NCBI RefSeq assembly: GCF_006345805.1
Contig: NC_043006.1
Coordinates: forward strand, 82,708,001-82,772,000
Reading direction: 5' to 3'
Source of the DNA: Octopus sinensis
Lineage: Eukaryota
DNA: 64,000 nt
The notes beneath the pieces are model-generated. The model was not told the DNA's origin and did not search any database. It saw only the letters and a program-made list of their open reading frames with translations. Below, in pieces: positions 50,185 to 62,789 of the stretch. Each line of letters begins with the position of its first letter. The stretch's first letter is position 1. The position numbers and the translations under genes are program-made.

Positions 50185-51600
50185 GTGGTGTCAGAACATA
50201 AACACATAGAAATGATCAGCATCGCTCTCAGAAACTACGAGGCAGTTTCGGGAGTGACGATTAGCCAGAAAAAATCAGTGGGCTTGCGGCTTGGCACCTA
50301 TAGAAGCAAGTCAATGTCGTCCAACTTCATCGTAGGGCGCTGGACAGATGGACCGGTTAAATTGCTGGACCTCTAGATGAACAAAAATTAGCACAAGGTA
50401 ACGAGCAAGGTGACTACTCTCACTCAGAAATAGGCCGAGAGAAAACTATCCCTGACTGGTCGGTCACAATCACTTGACCGTTGCATTTTCCTTGTCACCA
50501 TTTGATTATGCTGGATCGTATATTCTTCTGCTTTTTGTGGAAGGGACGTGTCCCGATGGTCAGACGGTGTATCTGCTGTCAACACCCGCTGCATGGTGGC
50601 CTGGGCATGCCTCGATTGATGATGCGCAGATGTGCACTGAGGCTACGCTATCTCTATTGCTTTCTTGATTGTGTGGTCGCCGTTCACCAGACACGTATTT
50701 CCGCAGCTAGTTTCGTTAACGGAGCTGCAGCTCTGGGTAAATTAGAGTGCTCAACTACTCGGACACTGCGATATACAGAATGTCGACTTTAGCTTTTTAT
50801 AAAGAATTAGTGAAGGAAAAGGGCTACAACGTTCTTGCGGAGACCTTGAGTGTTGAAGAAAATCAGCAAGCCGCTCTTTTCCAGAGAAATTTCGGCCCAG
50901 GACCAATGGATAATTTCCAAAAATGTCTGGCCTCGCAGTGCTACCGGGGAGATTTGCCTGTTCGAGATAAACTTTACTAGTATGGAAATGCTGTCAGCTA
51001 CGCACGTCCGAGATGTGTGCAGGACGACGAGACGGTCCGGCATGCACTCGTCCAGTGCCGAGCATTACTGACCTGTGGGCTTATGTCGAACAGCTGCTGT
51101 CGCTTGTAGGAAGGAACTGGCTGTCAACTAAATCCATCGTGAAAATCGCCCCACCGTCTTCACTTAAGCGGGAAGGAAAGGCTGCGTTTATATGGCTTGT
51201 GGGCATGGTGTAAGTGGTTGTATGGTGAACGAAATTGAAGAGGATGAAGACAAACACTTTTCTCTTTTGCCAATCCCTGATCAACTTCATCAAGTTTCAC
51301 TTGAAAAGGAAAATAAAGGTAAAAAGGGAAGCATTGTCTTTTGGTCAGTTTGCTGGAAGGTGGTTCAAAGTGAAGAGAATGGTGCGAATGAACGGGCCTG
51401 CTCTGAGCATACGCCCGTAGTTGGGAAAAAGGAAAGAAAAAAGACTCCTGCTCCATAAGTCAGTACACCATCGTTTTTATGGGGTTTTTCCATGAGTAGC
51501 CCCCGGACGTCTCCTCCCTATTGAGGATTACACATTGCTAAACTTTTGAAAAAATTCTTGTTAGTCTTGTTCACAGGCAAAACCCTCACAACAAAACACT
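50185..51600 (+). mobile_element. Degenerate Tx1/L1-clade LINE 3' fragment
   Basis: YEAVSGVTISQKKS...GPVKLL, FLWKGR...GGLGMP, ETVRHAL-like Cys/His region, and KLHLKRKI-like C-terminus. Confidence 0.75.
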
Positions 51601-51686
51601 CATACACGAATACACACACATTCTTTGCTTTGTCCTGTACTGGTCCATAATGTTTTTCTTAATGTAAAACCTTGTGTTTGGTGAAG

Positions 51687-51723
<37 letters not shown>

Positions 51724-51743
51724 TATCATTATTATTATTATCA

Positions 51744-51798
<55 letters not shown>

Positions 51799-51895
51799 CA
51801 TTATCATCATCTTCACTCTCACTATCATTATCATTATTATTATTATTATTGTTATTATTATTATTATTGTTGTTGTTGTTGCTGCTGCTGCTGCT

Positions 51896-52380
51896 GCTGT
51901 CTTGGATTGACATTAAGAAGGCATGTGATATAGTGCCTCATTCTTGGATCGTTGAATGCCTGCAGATGGTTGGTGTTGCTGACAACATCACAAATTTTCT
52001 GATGCATAGCATGAAAGAGTGGTAAACCAAATTGTACTCAACTAATGTGTTCCCCGGAGGAGTTAATATTAAAAGGGGAATCTTCCAAGGTGACTTGCTT
52101 TCACCGTTACATTTTGTAATTACACTAATACCCATAACAATGACACATAGGGAAGTTATGATGGGTTACTAATGTGCGAAGAAAGGCCCATCATTGAACC
52201 ATCTTCTGTTTAGCGGTGACCTGAAATTGTTTGGGAAATCTGAAAAACATATAGATTCCTTAAACTAAACAGACCAGAAGTGTGGTAGGGACATCGGTAT
52301 GGAATTTGGGATTACCAAATGCTCAGTACTTAATATGAAAAGAGGGAAGAAAGCAACCTGCAGAGGATTGCGGTTACCAA
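51896..52380 (+). mobile_element. R4-type RT fragment adjacent to (ATT)n/(ATC)n
   Basis: WIDIKKACDIVPHSWI, RGIFQGDLLSP, NHLLFSGDLKL, MEFGITKC. Confidence 0.8.
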
Positions 52381-52384
52381 AGCT

Positions 52385-53538
52385 TTTATGAAAGCTCTCA
52401 AATCCAAAATCCTAAAGGCTTCAACCAAATCCATGAGAAAAATGGCAATTGAACTTGCGGTAGACAACAAGACCATTAGAAATGCTGTAAAATATGATTT
52501 GAGGTTAAAATCTTACACAAGAACACCAAAACACTTGTTGACAACAGCTATGAAGGAAAAGAGATTGGAAAGGTGCAAGAAAATTATTACATGGTTCAAG
52601 AAAAAGTCTTCCATTGTAACGATCTTTTAAGATAGAAAGATCTTCACTGTCGATGCTGTTCTGAACTGCAGAAATGACAGATTTATCGCAAAATCAACAG
52701 CTGAGGTTAAGGGGGCATTCAAAACAAAACATACTGCTCAAGTTATGACTTTTGGTGTTGTGGTTTCCGATGGAAAGAAAATGCCTATAAAATTCTACAA
52801 AGCTGATGAAAAGATCAATGTTAATACTTACTACAAGACTCTGAGATACCAGGTATTGCCATGGCTTAAAGCAAACCACCCAGATGGTAATTATGTATGG
52901 ACACAGGATGATGCTCCAGCCCACACAGCTAGAAAAATACAAGATTTCTGCAAATCCAACTTTTTGGAATCATATTTAAGGCCGCCTTCTAGCCCAGATC
53001 TAAGTCCTCTGGATTATGTTATTTGTGGCATTTTAGAACATACTACCAATAGAACATCACACAGCAATGTCGACTCCCTTAAAGATACTATTAAAGAAGA
53101 ATGGGAGAAGTTGTCTTCCGAATATTTGAGGAACGCCTGTGCAAATTTCAGGAAGCGTGTGAAGGCAGTTATTGAGAAAGAAGCAGGACACAGAATAAAA
53201 ATATTTTCTATTACGTAAATTTTCTTGTGGCAAATAAATCCACATGACTTTCAATAATCTAATTGGTCATACACTGTCTTTCAATCCCTGCTTCAAAATG
53301 GGAGAAGAATGGGAGAAGTTGTCTTCCGAATATTTGAGGAACACCTGTGCAAATTTCAGGAAGCGTGTGAAGGCAGTTATTGAGAAAGAAGGAGGACCCA
53401 TAGAATAAAAAACATTTTCTATTATGTAAATTTTCTTGTGGCAAATAAATTCTCATGACTTTCAATATACTAATTCGTCATACACTGTCTTTCAATCCCT
53501 GCTTCAAAATATTGTAAATTTTGCTTCCCCACCCTGTA
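52385..53538 (+). mobile_element. 5'-truncated Tc1/mariner-superfamily transposon (maT/DD37D-like) with duplicated 3' part
   Basis: KIFTVD, WTQDDAPAH, PPSSPDLSPLDY. Terminal CACCCTG+TA at 53530-53538. About 200 bp is duplicated (53090-53290/53300-53500). Confidence 0.82.
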
Positions 53539-53683
53539 TATACAGACACTCACTCATACGCACAAACACACACACAGTTATATAATTATGATTTTTTTGT
53601 TTTTGTTCCTACTTCCAACTACTGTATACTGAGAAGACTTTAAACATTCTTTTATTAATGTTTATCTTTCATACTTTGTTTAG

Positions 53684-53748
53684 GTTATACCATCCCTAGA
53701 AGAGTTGAAAACAAAAACAGAAATAGAACTTGAAGATATGTACCATGG
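53684..53748 (+). CDS. METTL24: METTL24-like methyltransferase, identified exon 1 (VIPSLEELKTKTEIELEDMYHG)
   Basis: TTTAG acceptor and GTAAT donor. 65 nt ending in phase 2, matching the next exon. Upstream exons not found. Confidence 0.72.
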
Positions 53749-54120
53749 GTAATATTCTTCCATTCCTTTATCTATTACACGCTGTTGTGTGTTAACTATA
53801 ATATAAAAAATCTTTCTATGTTAGATGATTTCCATGTGTTTTAACATGAACACGATAAAACTGTTCTCTCATCTATTTGTTTTTCTTACAATAATTTAAA
53901 TAATTTGTAGCTGTTAATTTCTAAGGCTGCCTTTTATTTTTCTGCTGGTAAAGTTTTAATACATTTTCTAAAATTTAAACTTCAAATTTCTCGTTGAAGT
54001 TTTCCTCTTCTGAGACGTCGTTGGCTTTTCCTACTTTTAACTTATGCACTCTATACCCGAGAAAATTTTTCTGTGTATCAACCCAGTATTTAATTGTCAT
54101 TTTTCCCATGGCATCTTAAG

Positions 54121-54480
54121 GTGTGGCTATGTGGTAAGAATTTTTTGCTTCCCAGCCACATGTTCTGGGTTCAGTTCTATTATGTGGAATATGAGCCAGT
54201 GTCTTCTACTACAGCTGTAGGGCAACCAAATTATTACAACATGGATTTGATAGATGGAAATTGGAATATATGTGTGTGTCACTGTCTTCTTGCTTTGACA
54301 TCTTGCAATAGATGTAAACTAATTCCACCATCGTGCATACAATGTCCTTAATTTCTAATCTCCTTTGTAAACATGCCATGTGATGGGTAATACTATCTTA
54401 TTTGGATACAGGTAAAGGTTGGCGGAAGTAAAGGCATCCAGCCAAATAATATCAACCTCAGTCAATAGCCTGACCCACGG
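54121..54480 (+). mobile_element. Degenerate tRNA-derived SINE
   Basis: GTGGCTATGTGGTAAGA...GGGTTCAG head and GTGTCTTCTACTA core. Confidence 0.7.
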
Positions 54481-56257
54481 GAGCATAAAATAGTGGACAT
54501 TAAACCGAAAATGATGACTGAGGGTATGGTTTTCTTAAATTTAAGACATGAAGTTTGGGGTTCTCACGTTAAGAAATTGTGTGTAGAAGAATAATTTTTC
54601 TGTTTCATTTATCAAGTCATTATATTGGAGCTTTCGTATCAAAGCAAGTGAAACCTAGCAGATGATAATGTATATTTCGCTACTATACAAAACGAGGTGT
54701 CTTGGATGTTTGGTCTTATTGTTTTCACGCTTTAGCTATTTATTGGTTACCTCCAGTCCATAGATCTAAAGAGTTGACTGGGACTTCTCAATAGCGTAAA
54801 CACTTCTGACAACCGATCATTTGACCTGCTGAATATAGCAGCCAAATTTTCCCTCTAAAACACCTTCGTCTCATCAAAGGCAAAAATGCATTGGATAATC
54901 TTGTCTGAAATTTTCTGTTACTTAAGCCAGTTCTAGTCATGAGTGATAAGCCAGAACTTAAGGTGGTTTCAATTGTGTATATAAATTACAACTCCACCTC
55001 CGAATGAGATGTCAGTCTATTGCAGGTTTAATTTCCCACATATTACTGGAGATTATTTATAACCGAGTGAACTGGAAGAACGAGAATGAAGTGTTTTGCG
55101 AAAGAACACAATGCACCACCAAGTGTGTAAATCAAAACCATGATCTTACAACTGTGAATATAATTTGCTATCACAGGGCTACAGACCTTCACTGAAACCC
55201 ATAAGAAAGGAAAAAGGACAAGACATTCGTATCCTGAATGCCTTTGGTAGATCCGTTTGATTAGGACTAACCTGGTACAAGAAAAATCTGGTACATCTGG
55301 ACTAAAAATGTACCACACACCGATCTCCGCTAAAGAAAACCAAGAAGAAGGTGGTGGTGTTAAACTGGGTTCCAAACTCAGTCCATGCAGAACTACCCAA
55401 TATTCATACGAATTAGTAACATAAATTAATATTTCAAAAGCTAGATGCGAGTTTGTGTATTTGAAACTTTTCAACTTTAATTATGCTGAGTTCCATGAAG
55501 ATAAAATAAAGTTCAAGACACACTAATTACAATCTTAAATGGAGCTGTTTCACGTTGCCTACTTCGTTCAATATTCGTGAAAGAAACCTGAATTTAAAAC
55601 AATCTCTACGACTCAGCTTTACAAAGTAAACTCTTTTTTGTTTTTACCTTGCTTTTTTTTGTTCTTTGGCATTGGATGGGCATGCAACTGTACAAACCTT
55701 GCCAAGGCAGACATTGGAGCACGATACAGTCTTTGAATCAGTTGGTACTTGTCAAACCTTCCAACCTAAGCTAGCAAGAATGACGGTAAATTTTCTTAAA
55801 TTGGAAACTTGGGAAGAATGCTTGTAAGAGTAAACTCCATTTAAGGAATCTCAGGACCAGATGATGGTGGAACTCAGAATGCAAAGAGCATTAATAAATC
55901 TCGCAAAGCACCTCATCTAACACTTTGAAATTCTTCCAGTCTGTGGGAGAGAAATGGTACTGTATTTTATCAACTTTTAAAAAATAGGAAACAAAATTGA
56001 TCTTGGTGGCCAAAACAAATTCTATGGTCTACGATGAAATGTCACAGATACTTTCCTCTGTGGTTCTCTGTCAGTCTGTTTGATGCTGTAGAGTAGAAGC
56101 AACAACCTCTCATAGAGTGAAACAAATAATGTACCCTTTCATTCCCAGTTGGAGCTGTTTCACTTCATTTCTCTTGTCAGCCTCTTATAATCATCAAGTG
56201 TTTGTGTCTACGTAAAGAAATAAAAATCAATAATTCATTTGTTGAATATTATTGCAG

Positions 56258-56386
56258 ATTTCTGAACAATGTTCAGGTGAAGTGTAACAAGATAATGCGT
56301 GTTGGTTCCATTGGTGACGGAGGATGGAATGTTTGTTTGGATGACGAATGGTATCCCAAGAAGCCTTGCTTGGTATACTCATTTGG
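56258..56386 (+). CDS. METTL24: METTL24-like exon 2 (FLNNVQVKC...GDGGWNVC...CLVYSFG)
   Basis: TGCAG/GTAAAT splice sites; family motifs DGGWxVC and CLVYSFG. Confidence 0.92.
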
Positions 56387-56546
56387 GTAAATAGAAAGAC
56401 GCTCCGAAATTTTCAGCAAAAATCGGAATGCTCTTCAATTTTTCATTTTCTCTATAATTTTTCTCTCCTATAAATGATTATAAATGATTATAAATGTGTG
56501 TGAGTTTGTGCAAGCATATATACTCATATATATATATATATATATA

Positions 56547-56583
<37 letters not shown>

Positions 56584-56729
56584 AAAAAAAGGAAACGAAG
56601 AAAATGCTGACAAAATAATTTATGTAAGGGAGAGTGTATTTAATTAGGTGAAAGTTCTTTTTTTAAAACAAGAGCAAAGAAAAATTGGGTTAGAATACAA
56701 TGTTCATTTTTTTTAATGATTTCAGTGTA

Positions 56730-57190
56730 TAAGAAAAAAAGTAAGAGTCTTTTACAGTGTTCTGTCACCAGCAATGGTTGTTCTGAGCTGATCAAATTTG
56801 TTGGATCCATAAACTGTGAAAAATACATCGAAATACTTAAGCAAGGATTTTTTCCGATGTATTCACACGATAACAACGAAAAATTAGTTTTTATTCATGG
56901 AAAGTGGAGCTCCATGCCACACAGCGAAAAGCATGACTGAAAATGGGATCAAAAAGCTTCCTTGGCCGAGCCAATCTCCTGACACGAACCCAATTGAAAA
57001 TCTTTGGAGCATACTAGATAGAGCTATATGAAAAACTCAACAGAAACCTAAATCTAAAGATGAATTGTTTCGATCGTTGTGTGAAAAGTGGGCAGAAATT
57101 TCACAAGAGACAATCACAAAGCTCATCAGTTCAATGCCAAAAAGAGTTTCTGAATTAAAAACTGCAAAGTGAATATCAGCTAAATACTAA
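56730..57190 (+). mobile_element. Tc1 (DD34E-type) transposase 3' fragment in an intron
   Basis: WPSQSPDTNPIENLW and LISSMPKRV. Confidence 0.8.
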
Positions 57191-57299
57191 ATTATGTAAA
57201 CCTACCTATCGATTACATTTCAATTGTTCGCTTTGCGTATTAAGTAAAAGATTTTGAAAATTAAAGGTGTCTATTTACTTCCTGCATGTCTGCGTATAT

Positions 57300-57716
57300 T
57301 GTTACTGCATATCTCTCCTTGAGAGATTTAGAAATATGATATTTCTGTAGACCAGTGAATGTTTTTCACTTTGAATTCTATAAGTTTTCGAAAACAGGTT
57401 AGAAGCGACGTCTAGATAATCTAAGCTACTCTACGCTGATAAAGAGCAATAAACCTGAAACTAGTCCGTGTTTCACAATTGGTTGGAGTCGTTTCAAATG
57501 AAACTAGTCCGTGGAGGTGCTAATCTCCCCCGTTCGAAAGTATAAGGACACAGAACGTTTGTGTCGCATAGCCAGCTAGAAATGATATTTCTTGGAGCTA
57601 AATAACAGTAACATTTCTCTCTTTCCTGGGACTGCTACATTATGTTGACAACAAGCCATCACTTTATCGTGCTGTTACTGCATATCTCTCGTTGAGAGAT
57701 TTAGAAATGCGATATA
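57300..57716 (+). repeat. ~373-bp unit bounded by 44-bp direct repeats, containing a degenerate hammerhead (57432-57470)
   Basis: TGTTACTGCATATCTCTC.. at 57300 and 57673. Motif TACG-CTGATAA-AG..CT-GAAA-C-TA-G-TC/CGTG. Confidence 0.6.
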
Positions 57717-57821
57717 TATATATATCTGTCTGTCCGTCTGTCTCTCTCTTTCACTTTCTCTCACACACACATGCACATAACACATGTATATATATATATA
57801 TGTCTTTCTTTGTTTCAACAG

Positions 57822-57896
57822 GATTGGTTGGGATTCGTCTTTTGATGTTGCCATGAAAGATATCTTTGGCTGTGAAGTACATTCCTTTGACCCATT
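57822..57896 (+). CDS. METTL24: METTL24-like exon 3 (IGWDSSFDVAMKDIFGCEVHSFDP)
   Basis: AACAG/GTAAGC splice sites; SFD...GCEVHSFDP motif; phase consistent. Confidence 0.93.
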
Positions 57897-58003
57897 GTAA
57901 GCACTGGTTTACTGTAGTAATAACAGCAGTAGCAGCAGTAGTCCTAGCTGCATCATCATCAGCATTATTATTATTGTTGTTGTTGTTGTTGTTTTTGTTG
58001 TTT

Positions 58004-58038
<35 letters not shown>

Positions 58039-58039
58039 A

Positions 58040-58354
58040 TTCAGTAGTTTTATTTTTATATTGTGCTTTCACTTCACTATCGAGCGCAGCTCTATGTGCC
58101 TTGGATATGTGCTGTGGTTTGTTGTGATGCTCTTATGGTAATTGTATTGAGAGTGTTGTGTGTAGGATGTGTGCAGTGCCCAGTAGTGACATTTTCTGTA
58201 TGTTATATATATTTATAAGTCCTGGTGACTTTGTTATGTATTTATCTGAATGCACCTACAATGATAGGAATCGTTTCTGTTTTTAGATTCCACATTCGAG
58301 TTACCTCTATTTCTAGGACTTTGTATTTTGAAAGTTTCTCCATTTCTTTTAGAG
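58040..58354 (-). mobile_element. R4/Dong LINE 3'-end fragment in an intronic (TTG/TTA)n tract
   Basis: Reverse complement of 47900-48219, diverged. Confidence 0.85.
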
Positions 58355-58658
58355 ATCTTTTCGGTTTGAACGGCAGTTTTTTCTAGCGGTGTCATATGAA
58401 ATTGTCACCCATAATTATGACCCTAGTATCGATCTATTGCATTTCAATCTGTTTTAGGGTTAGGGCTAGTTAGGGGTAGGGGGAAGAGTATCTTTTTTTC
58501 TTCACAAATGTAAATAAACCCAATCTTTTTCATAAACGAGGGAATATTCATACAGCACAGAATGTTTTTTAACTCAATAGACGTCAGTGATTTGTTGAAA
58601 TTGCAGAAATTTCTTGTATTAACAAAATTATTTTTAACATGCTTTGTTGTCTTCACAG

Positions 58659-58788
58659 TGAAAAGAAAATTCCAAATCGTGAATTGTTAAATTTCCATGA
58701 TATCGGAATAAGTAACAAATCAGGCATTGACGGAGGCAGACAGTTTATGACACTACGAGACACTCGCAAGCATTTAAATCACACAAAT
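58659..58788 (+). CDS. METTL24: METTL24-like exon 4 (EKKIPNRELLNFHDIGI...HLNHTN)
   Basis: CACAG/GTAAGT splice sites; 130 nt, converting phase 2 to phase 0. Confidence 0.9.
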
Positions 58789-58809
58789 GTAAGTTTTTGT
58801 TTATACGTA

Positions 58810-58920
<111 letters not shown>

Positions 58921-58936
58921 CTTTTAACAAAACACT

Positions 58937-58970
58937 CTGATGAACGGGAACGTGAAACTCTGAGTAACAG
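58937..58970 (+). ncRNA. Hammerhead-like core with poor stem I
   Basis: CTGATGA-ACG(ggaa)CGT-GAAA-CTC(t)GAG-TA; only one local stem I pair. Confidence 0.4.
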
Positions 58971-59003
58971 CTTTTGTTATATTTCTGCTGCTTTTAAATA
59001 AAG

Positions 59004-59053
<50 letters not shown>

Positions 59054-60111
59054 TGTATGTATGTATGTATGCATGTATTTATTTATTTATGTATGTATGT
59101 ATGTATGTATCTGTACAGACACTCATGTGTATATATATGTATGCATGTGTGTATGTATCACGTTTTTAATGACCAGTCACTATTATTTCTGTAGCAACTC
59201 TGCTTTCCACATAGGTTCATTCAATAATTCCAAGTGAAAAATTTTACGTAATATTTATGGATTAGAGTAGCACCTCCCTAGGACTGCGTCAAAGGTGCGC
59301 TCTTAAATTGCGCGTCTGTCAGGAAACAAAACGTATATATAAAGATTAAAAATAAATGTGAGAAGATTAAAAATAAACGAGATGAGTAATTATGGAATCT
59401 TCACTAATAGCAAAGCGAAAACCAAGATTCAAGACAGATTCATTACATATAAAATAAACCCTCAAGTTTCCCCGAACAATTGGATTCTATAAGTTTTAAG
59501 TATGGTGTTGATGATTTTATTTGTTACAGTAATATTCATATGATTTTTAGCAACGTCCTGCCGAAAAACGTGCACATATTATTTCATTCTATTTTGGAAA
59601 ATGAAATAACGTACCTCTCTTCTGAGGAACAGGCAACAAGCTGCAACTCAAAGGATTATCATAATTTCATTCTGATGATGAGGATAACAAAATATAAAAG
59701 ACTAATGGATTTAGCAATACTACTGTTCCAAAGATAAAGGACTAGTAAATGAAAAACAAAAATCCTTCATAAAAACTAAGATTTTCGTTCTTTAATCATT
59801 TATTTATTTCTCAATTTCTTATTCTTTCTGTTTCCCTCCTTCCCCTTTTCCTATCGCTTTCCATTTCTTTGTTTGTTTCTTTCATTCTTTCTTCTTTCTT
59901 TTTGTTTCTTTCTGTCTTATTTTCTGTTTTCTTTGTTATTCAGTTTTGCTATTTCTTTCTTTCTTTCTTTGTTTTTTCCTACCCACTCTCGCCCCCTCCT
60001 TTCCTGTCTCTGTGTGGTCCATTCAGCTATCTGTGCGTCATCCATTACTTATTTTCACAAAATTGTTTTTAATTAACAACTTCTTTAATTTCCTTTTATT
60101 TCATTCTTCAG

Positions 60112-60395
60112 AAGGATATCAGTATTTTGAAAATGGATGTAGAAAGCTCAGAATGGCGCTCCTTGACGAAGGCGATGTCTGACGGCGAACTAAATCATGT
60201 GAAACAACTAGCACTTGAGTTTCACATCGCTGGAAAAGAATCGGCGTTTTTCATTTATGCGCTTTATATTATCAAGAATCTGATGGATTTTAATTTCCGT
60301 ATATACCACACAGAAAGGAATAATAACTGCCAATACATAAATTCCAGAAATATGAAACTGACAAAGTGTCAGAACGTCCACTTGATTAAAGTTAG

Positions 60396-60399
<4 letters not shown>
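60112..60399 (+). CDS. METTL24: METTL24-like last coding exon (KDISILKMDVESSEW...VKQLALEFH...stop)
   Basis: Polypyrimidine-CAG acceptor; LKMDVExxEW and KQLxxEFH motifs. The five exons total 687 nt (228 aa plus stop) in one frame. Confidence 0.93.
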
Positions 60400-60465
<66 letters not shown>

Positions 60466-60505
60466 AAAGATTGGAGCTGAACGATGAATTAACAAAATTC
60501 CTTTA

Positions 60506-60588
60506 TTTTCGACATATGTTTCGAAGGCTGCATATTCCTAATTGCGAAGGAATAAGGAGTACATTATGCCGCTTTCTCATCAGGAAAA
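60506..60588 (-). ncRNA. Minimal type I hammerhead ribozyme
   Basis: Minus strand: TTTTC-CTGATGA-GAA...TTC-GAAA-C-ATAT-G-TC/GAAAA, with an extended stem II (GCATA/TATGC) and a GUC site. Confidence 0.75.
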
Positions 60589-60626
60589 GCAAGGAACTTA
60601 TGTCAACATCAAAATGCACAAAATCT

Positions 60627-60698
60627 TTTAGATGATTGCTCACACGGAGCCCATAGCGATAATTATCGCTATGGGCTCCGTGGGAGCAATCATCTAAA
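60627..60698. repeat. 72-bp near-perfect palindrome (36-bp arms, no spacer, one mismatch)
   Basis: TTTAGATGATTGCTCACACGGAGCCCATAGCGATAA|TTATCGCTATGGGCTCCGTGGGAGCAATCATCTAAA. Confidence 0.95.
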
Positions 60699-60862
60699 CG
60701 TTACATTACGGCTTTCAGTAAATTCCATAAAAAAGTTTTATTTATTTTGCTTGTGAGTGGGAAAGGGCATTTCGTTTGAAGTTAGCATAAAGTGAGAGAG
60801 AAAATGGACATAGACGTGTGTATATGTTGATGGGGGGAGGGTACGAGATAGAATGTGTGTAC

Positions 60863-60893
<31 letters not shown>

Positions 60894-60954
60894 GAGGGAG
60901 AGAGAGTGACAATTTACATTTAAACATTTTTTCTCGCATCTTTTTTTCAGTGAA

Positions 60955-60987
<33 letters not shown>

Positions 60988-61365
60988 TACAGACAGACAG
61001 ACAGAAAGAAAGAGAGAGAGAGAGATTGCGTAGATTTATACTTAGCTACTTATTTGTACATGCAAAAGAAATTGTCATGAGAACACATCTTCACTCACTG
61101 ACTGACTCTTTCTCTCTTCCTCACACGCACACATAAAAAAACATGTGTGCATATGTATTTATGTATGTACGTGTATATGACAGATAATTGGTGTACGTAT
61201 GTGTTTGTGTGCGTGTGTGACCGACCGTAGACATTTTACACATACATGACAACACCTCTCTCAGTCAACCATTCATACACTCACTAAAAAGATGCGAGGA
61301 AAACTAAGTAAAGAAAATTTACGAAATGACTCCCTCCTTCTACCTCTCTAACACAGAGCGAGACA

Positions 61366-61401
<36 letters not shown>

Positions 61402-61989
61402 AACACACCCTTCTCTCTCCTTCTCAAACACACTATAAAAAGCTGCAAGAAAAATAAATAAATAAAATTTACGCTCTCTCGCTTTCGCTCTCTCCGTCAC
61501 ACACAGAGCAACACACACTATCTCTAGCAATAAAAGTAAAACTATAGCGTTATGAAAAGTGAAACTATTAGACCGCAGAAAAAAATCGGAAGGGTCGTAT
61601 GGGGGTGGCTACAGCTCCCTATATGGGCAAGAGTCAAAATTTCACAGAGGCAAAATCTTTTTGGCTAAAAAATTCCCTAGTGAAATTCTAGGCGAATCGA
61701 TCAATAATTCATCACAGAGGGATTAAAATTTCTCCTTCAAAGCAACTTCTTCATTATTGAGATAAACACTTACCAAGAAATGTCTGGAACTGCGATGTAC
61801 AAAACTTGCCCCAACACACGCCAACTTATGGCATATCTAGAAATCCAAATGGATGAACACGTCAAAACAAAATAAATATCAACTTTCAAATTTATCTAGT
61901 AAACACTGCAAACAATATTTAGATGACTGACTTATTCTGTGCACATACAACCTAGAAGAACTCAATTATTTCAAGTTCCTATCCAATTG

Positions 61990-62745
61990 CATCAATAACA
62001 GTAGTCAGCTCACCATGGAGACACAACCTGCTTCTTGAGGTTATCTTCAAAGCTATAAAGGACCAAATTGGTCTCAACAATAGTGAAAAAAAAACGTTGA
62101 AAGTACCAACTAGAGATTTCATTACCCTCGTGCGCTCAGGACAGCGGATCCGCTTCAAGAAGAGCAACAAACTTCCTGTGAGCGATGAAAAGTAGAACGG
62201 CTATTGGGAGATGATTTACCAGGATGCCAGGGACTCTTTCCCATGCCAGTTATGAAAAAAAAAACGGACATTTTAATGTGGCGTGAAGGAAAGTAAGTTA
62301 TGAATCTAGTCGAGTTAACGGTTCCTCATGAAGATAACATGGACGTCAATAGGGCTCAAAAGATTGACCATTATGCAAACCTTCTTGAGGAATGTGAAGA
62401 CGCAGGCTCGAAAGCGGAGCATTTTCCAATCGAAGTCGAATGTAAAGTGTTTATTGGACACAGTGTGAGACCACCGTTCTTATCATTAGGCATAACCCAT
62501 CGTAAAGTAAGTACCACCATGACCGATATCTAAACTACAATGGAAAAGGCTAGCCACTGGATTTGGTTAAAAATAGACTATGGGTGATGGCTAGAAGAAT
62601 ATTGAGCTTTATTTAGAAACCAGTTGATCTAGTAATGGGGCCTCATATCAGTGAAGGGGGCCGGTGCGCGTTGATGCCATCGAGAGGTAGGCCCCGAAAC
62701 AGCGCGCATTCTCTCTTGATGATCCCATACACTTGCTGGCTTCCG
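61990..62745 (+). mobile_element. HERO-like RLE LINE 3' fragment
   Basis: PWRHNLLL, LVELTVPHEDNM...KIDHYANL...FPIEVECKVFIG, EKASHWIWLK. Confidence 0.75.
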
Positions 62746-62789
62746 GTATGTAGAGTTCTCGACGGGTAGCACTTGCATGTGCAAGTTGT

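Noticed and set aside
55000-55500. Possible very old RTE-type RT fragment
   Set aside because: Similarity is too weak to support by eye.
58455-58482. TTAGGG-like motifs suggesting an interstitial telomere
   Set aside because: Only two or three imperfect copies inside an interspersed repeat.
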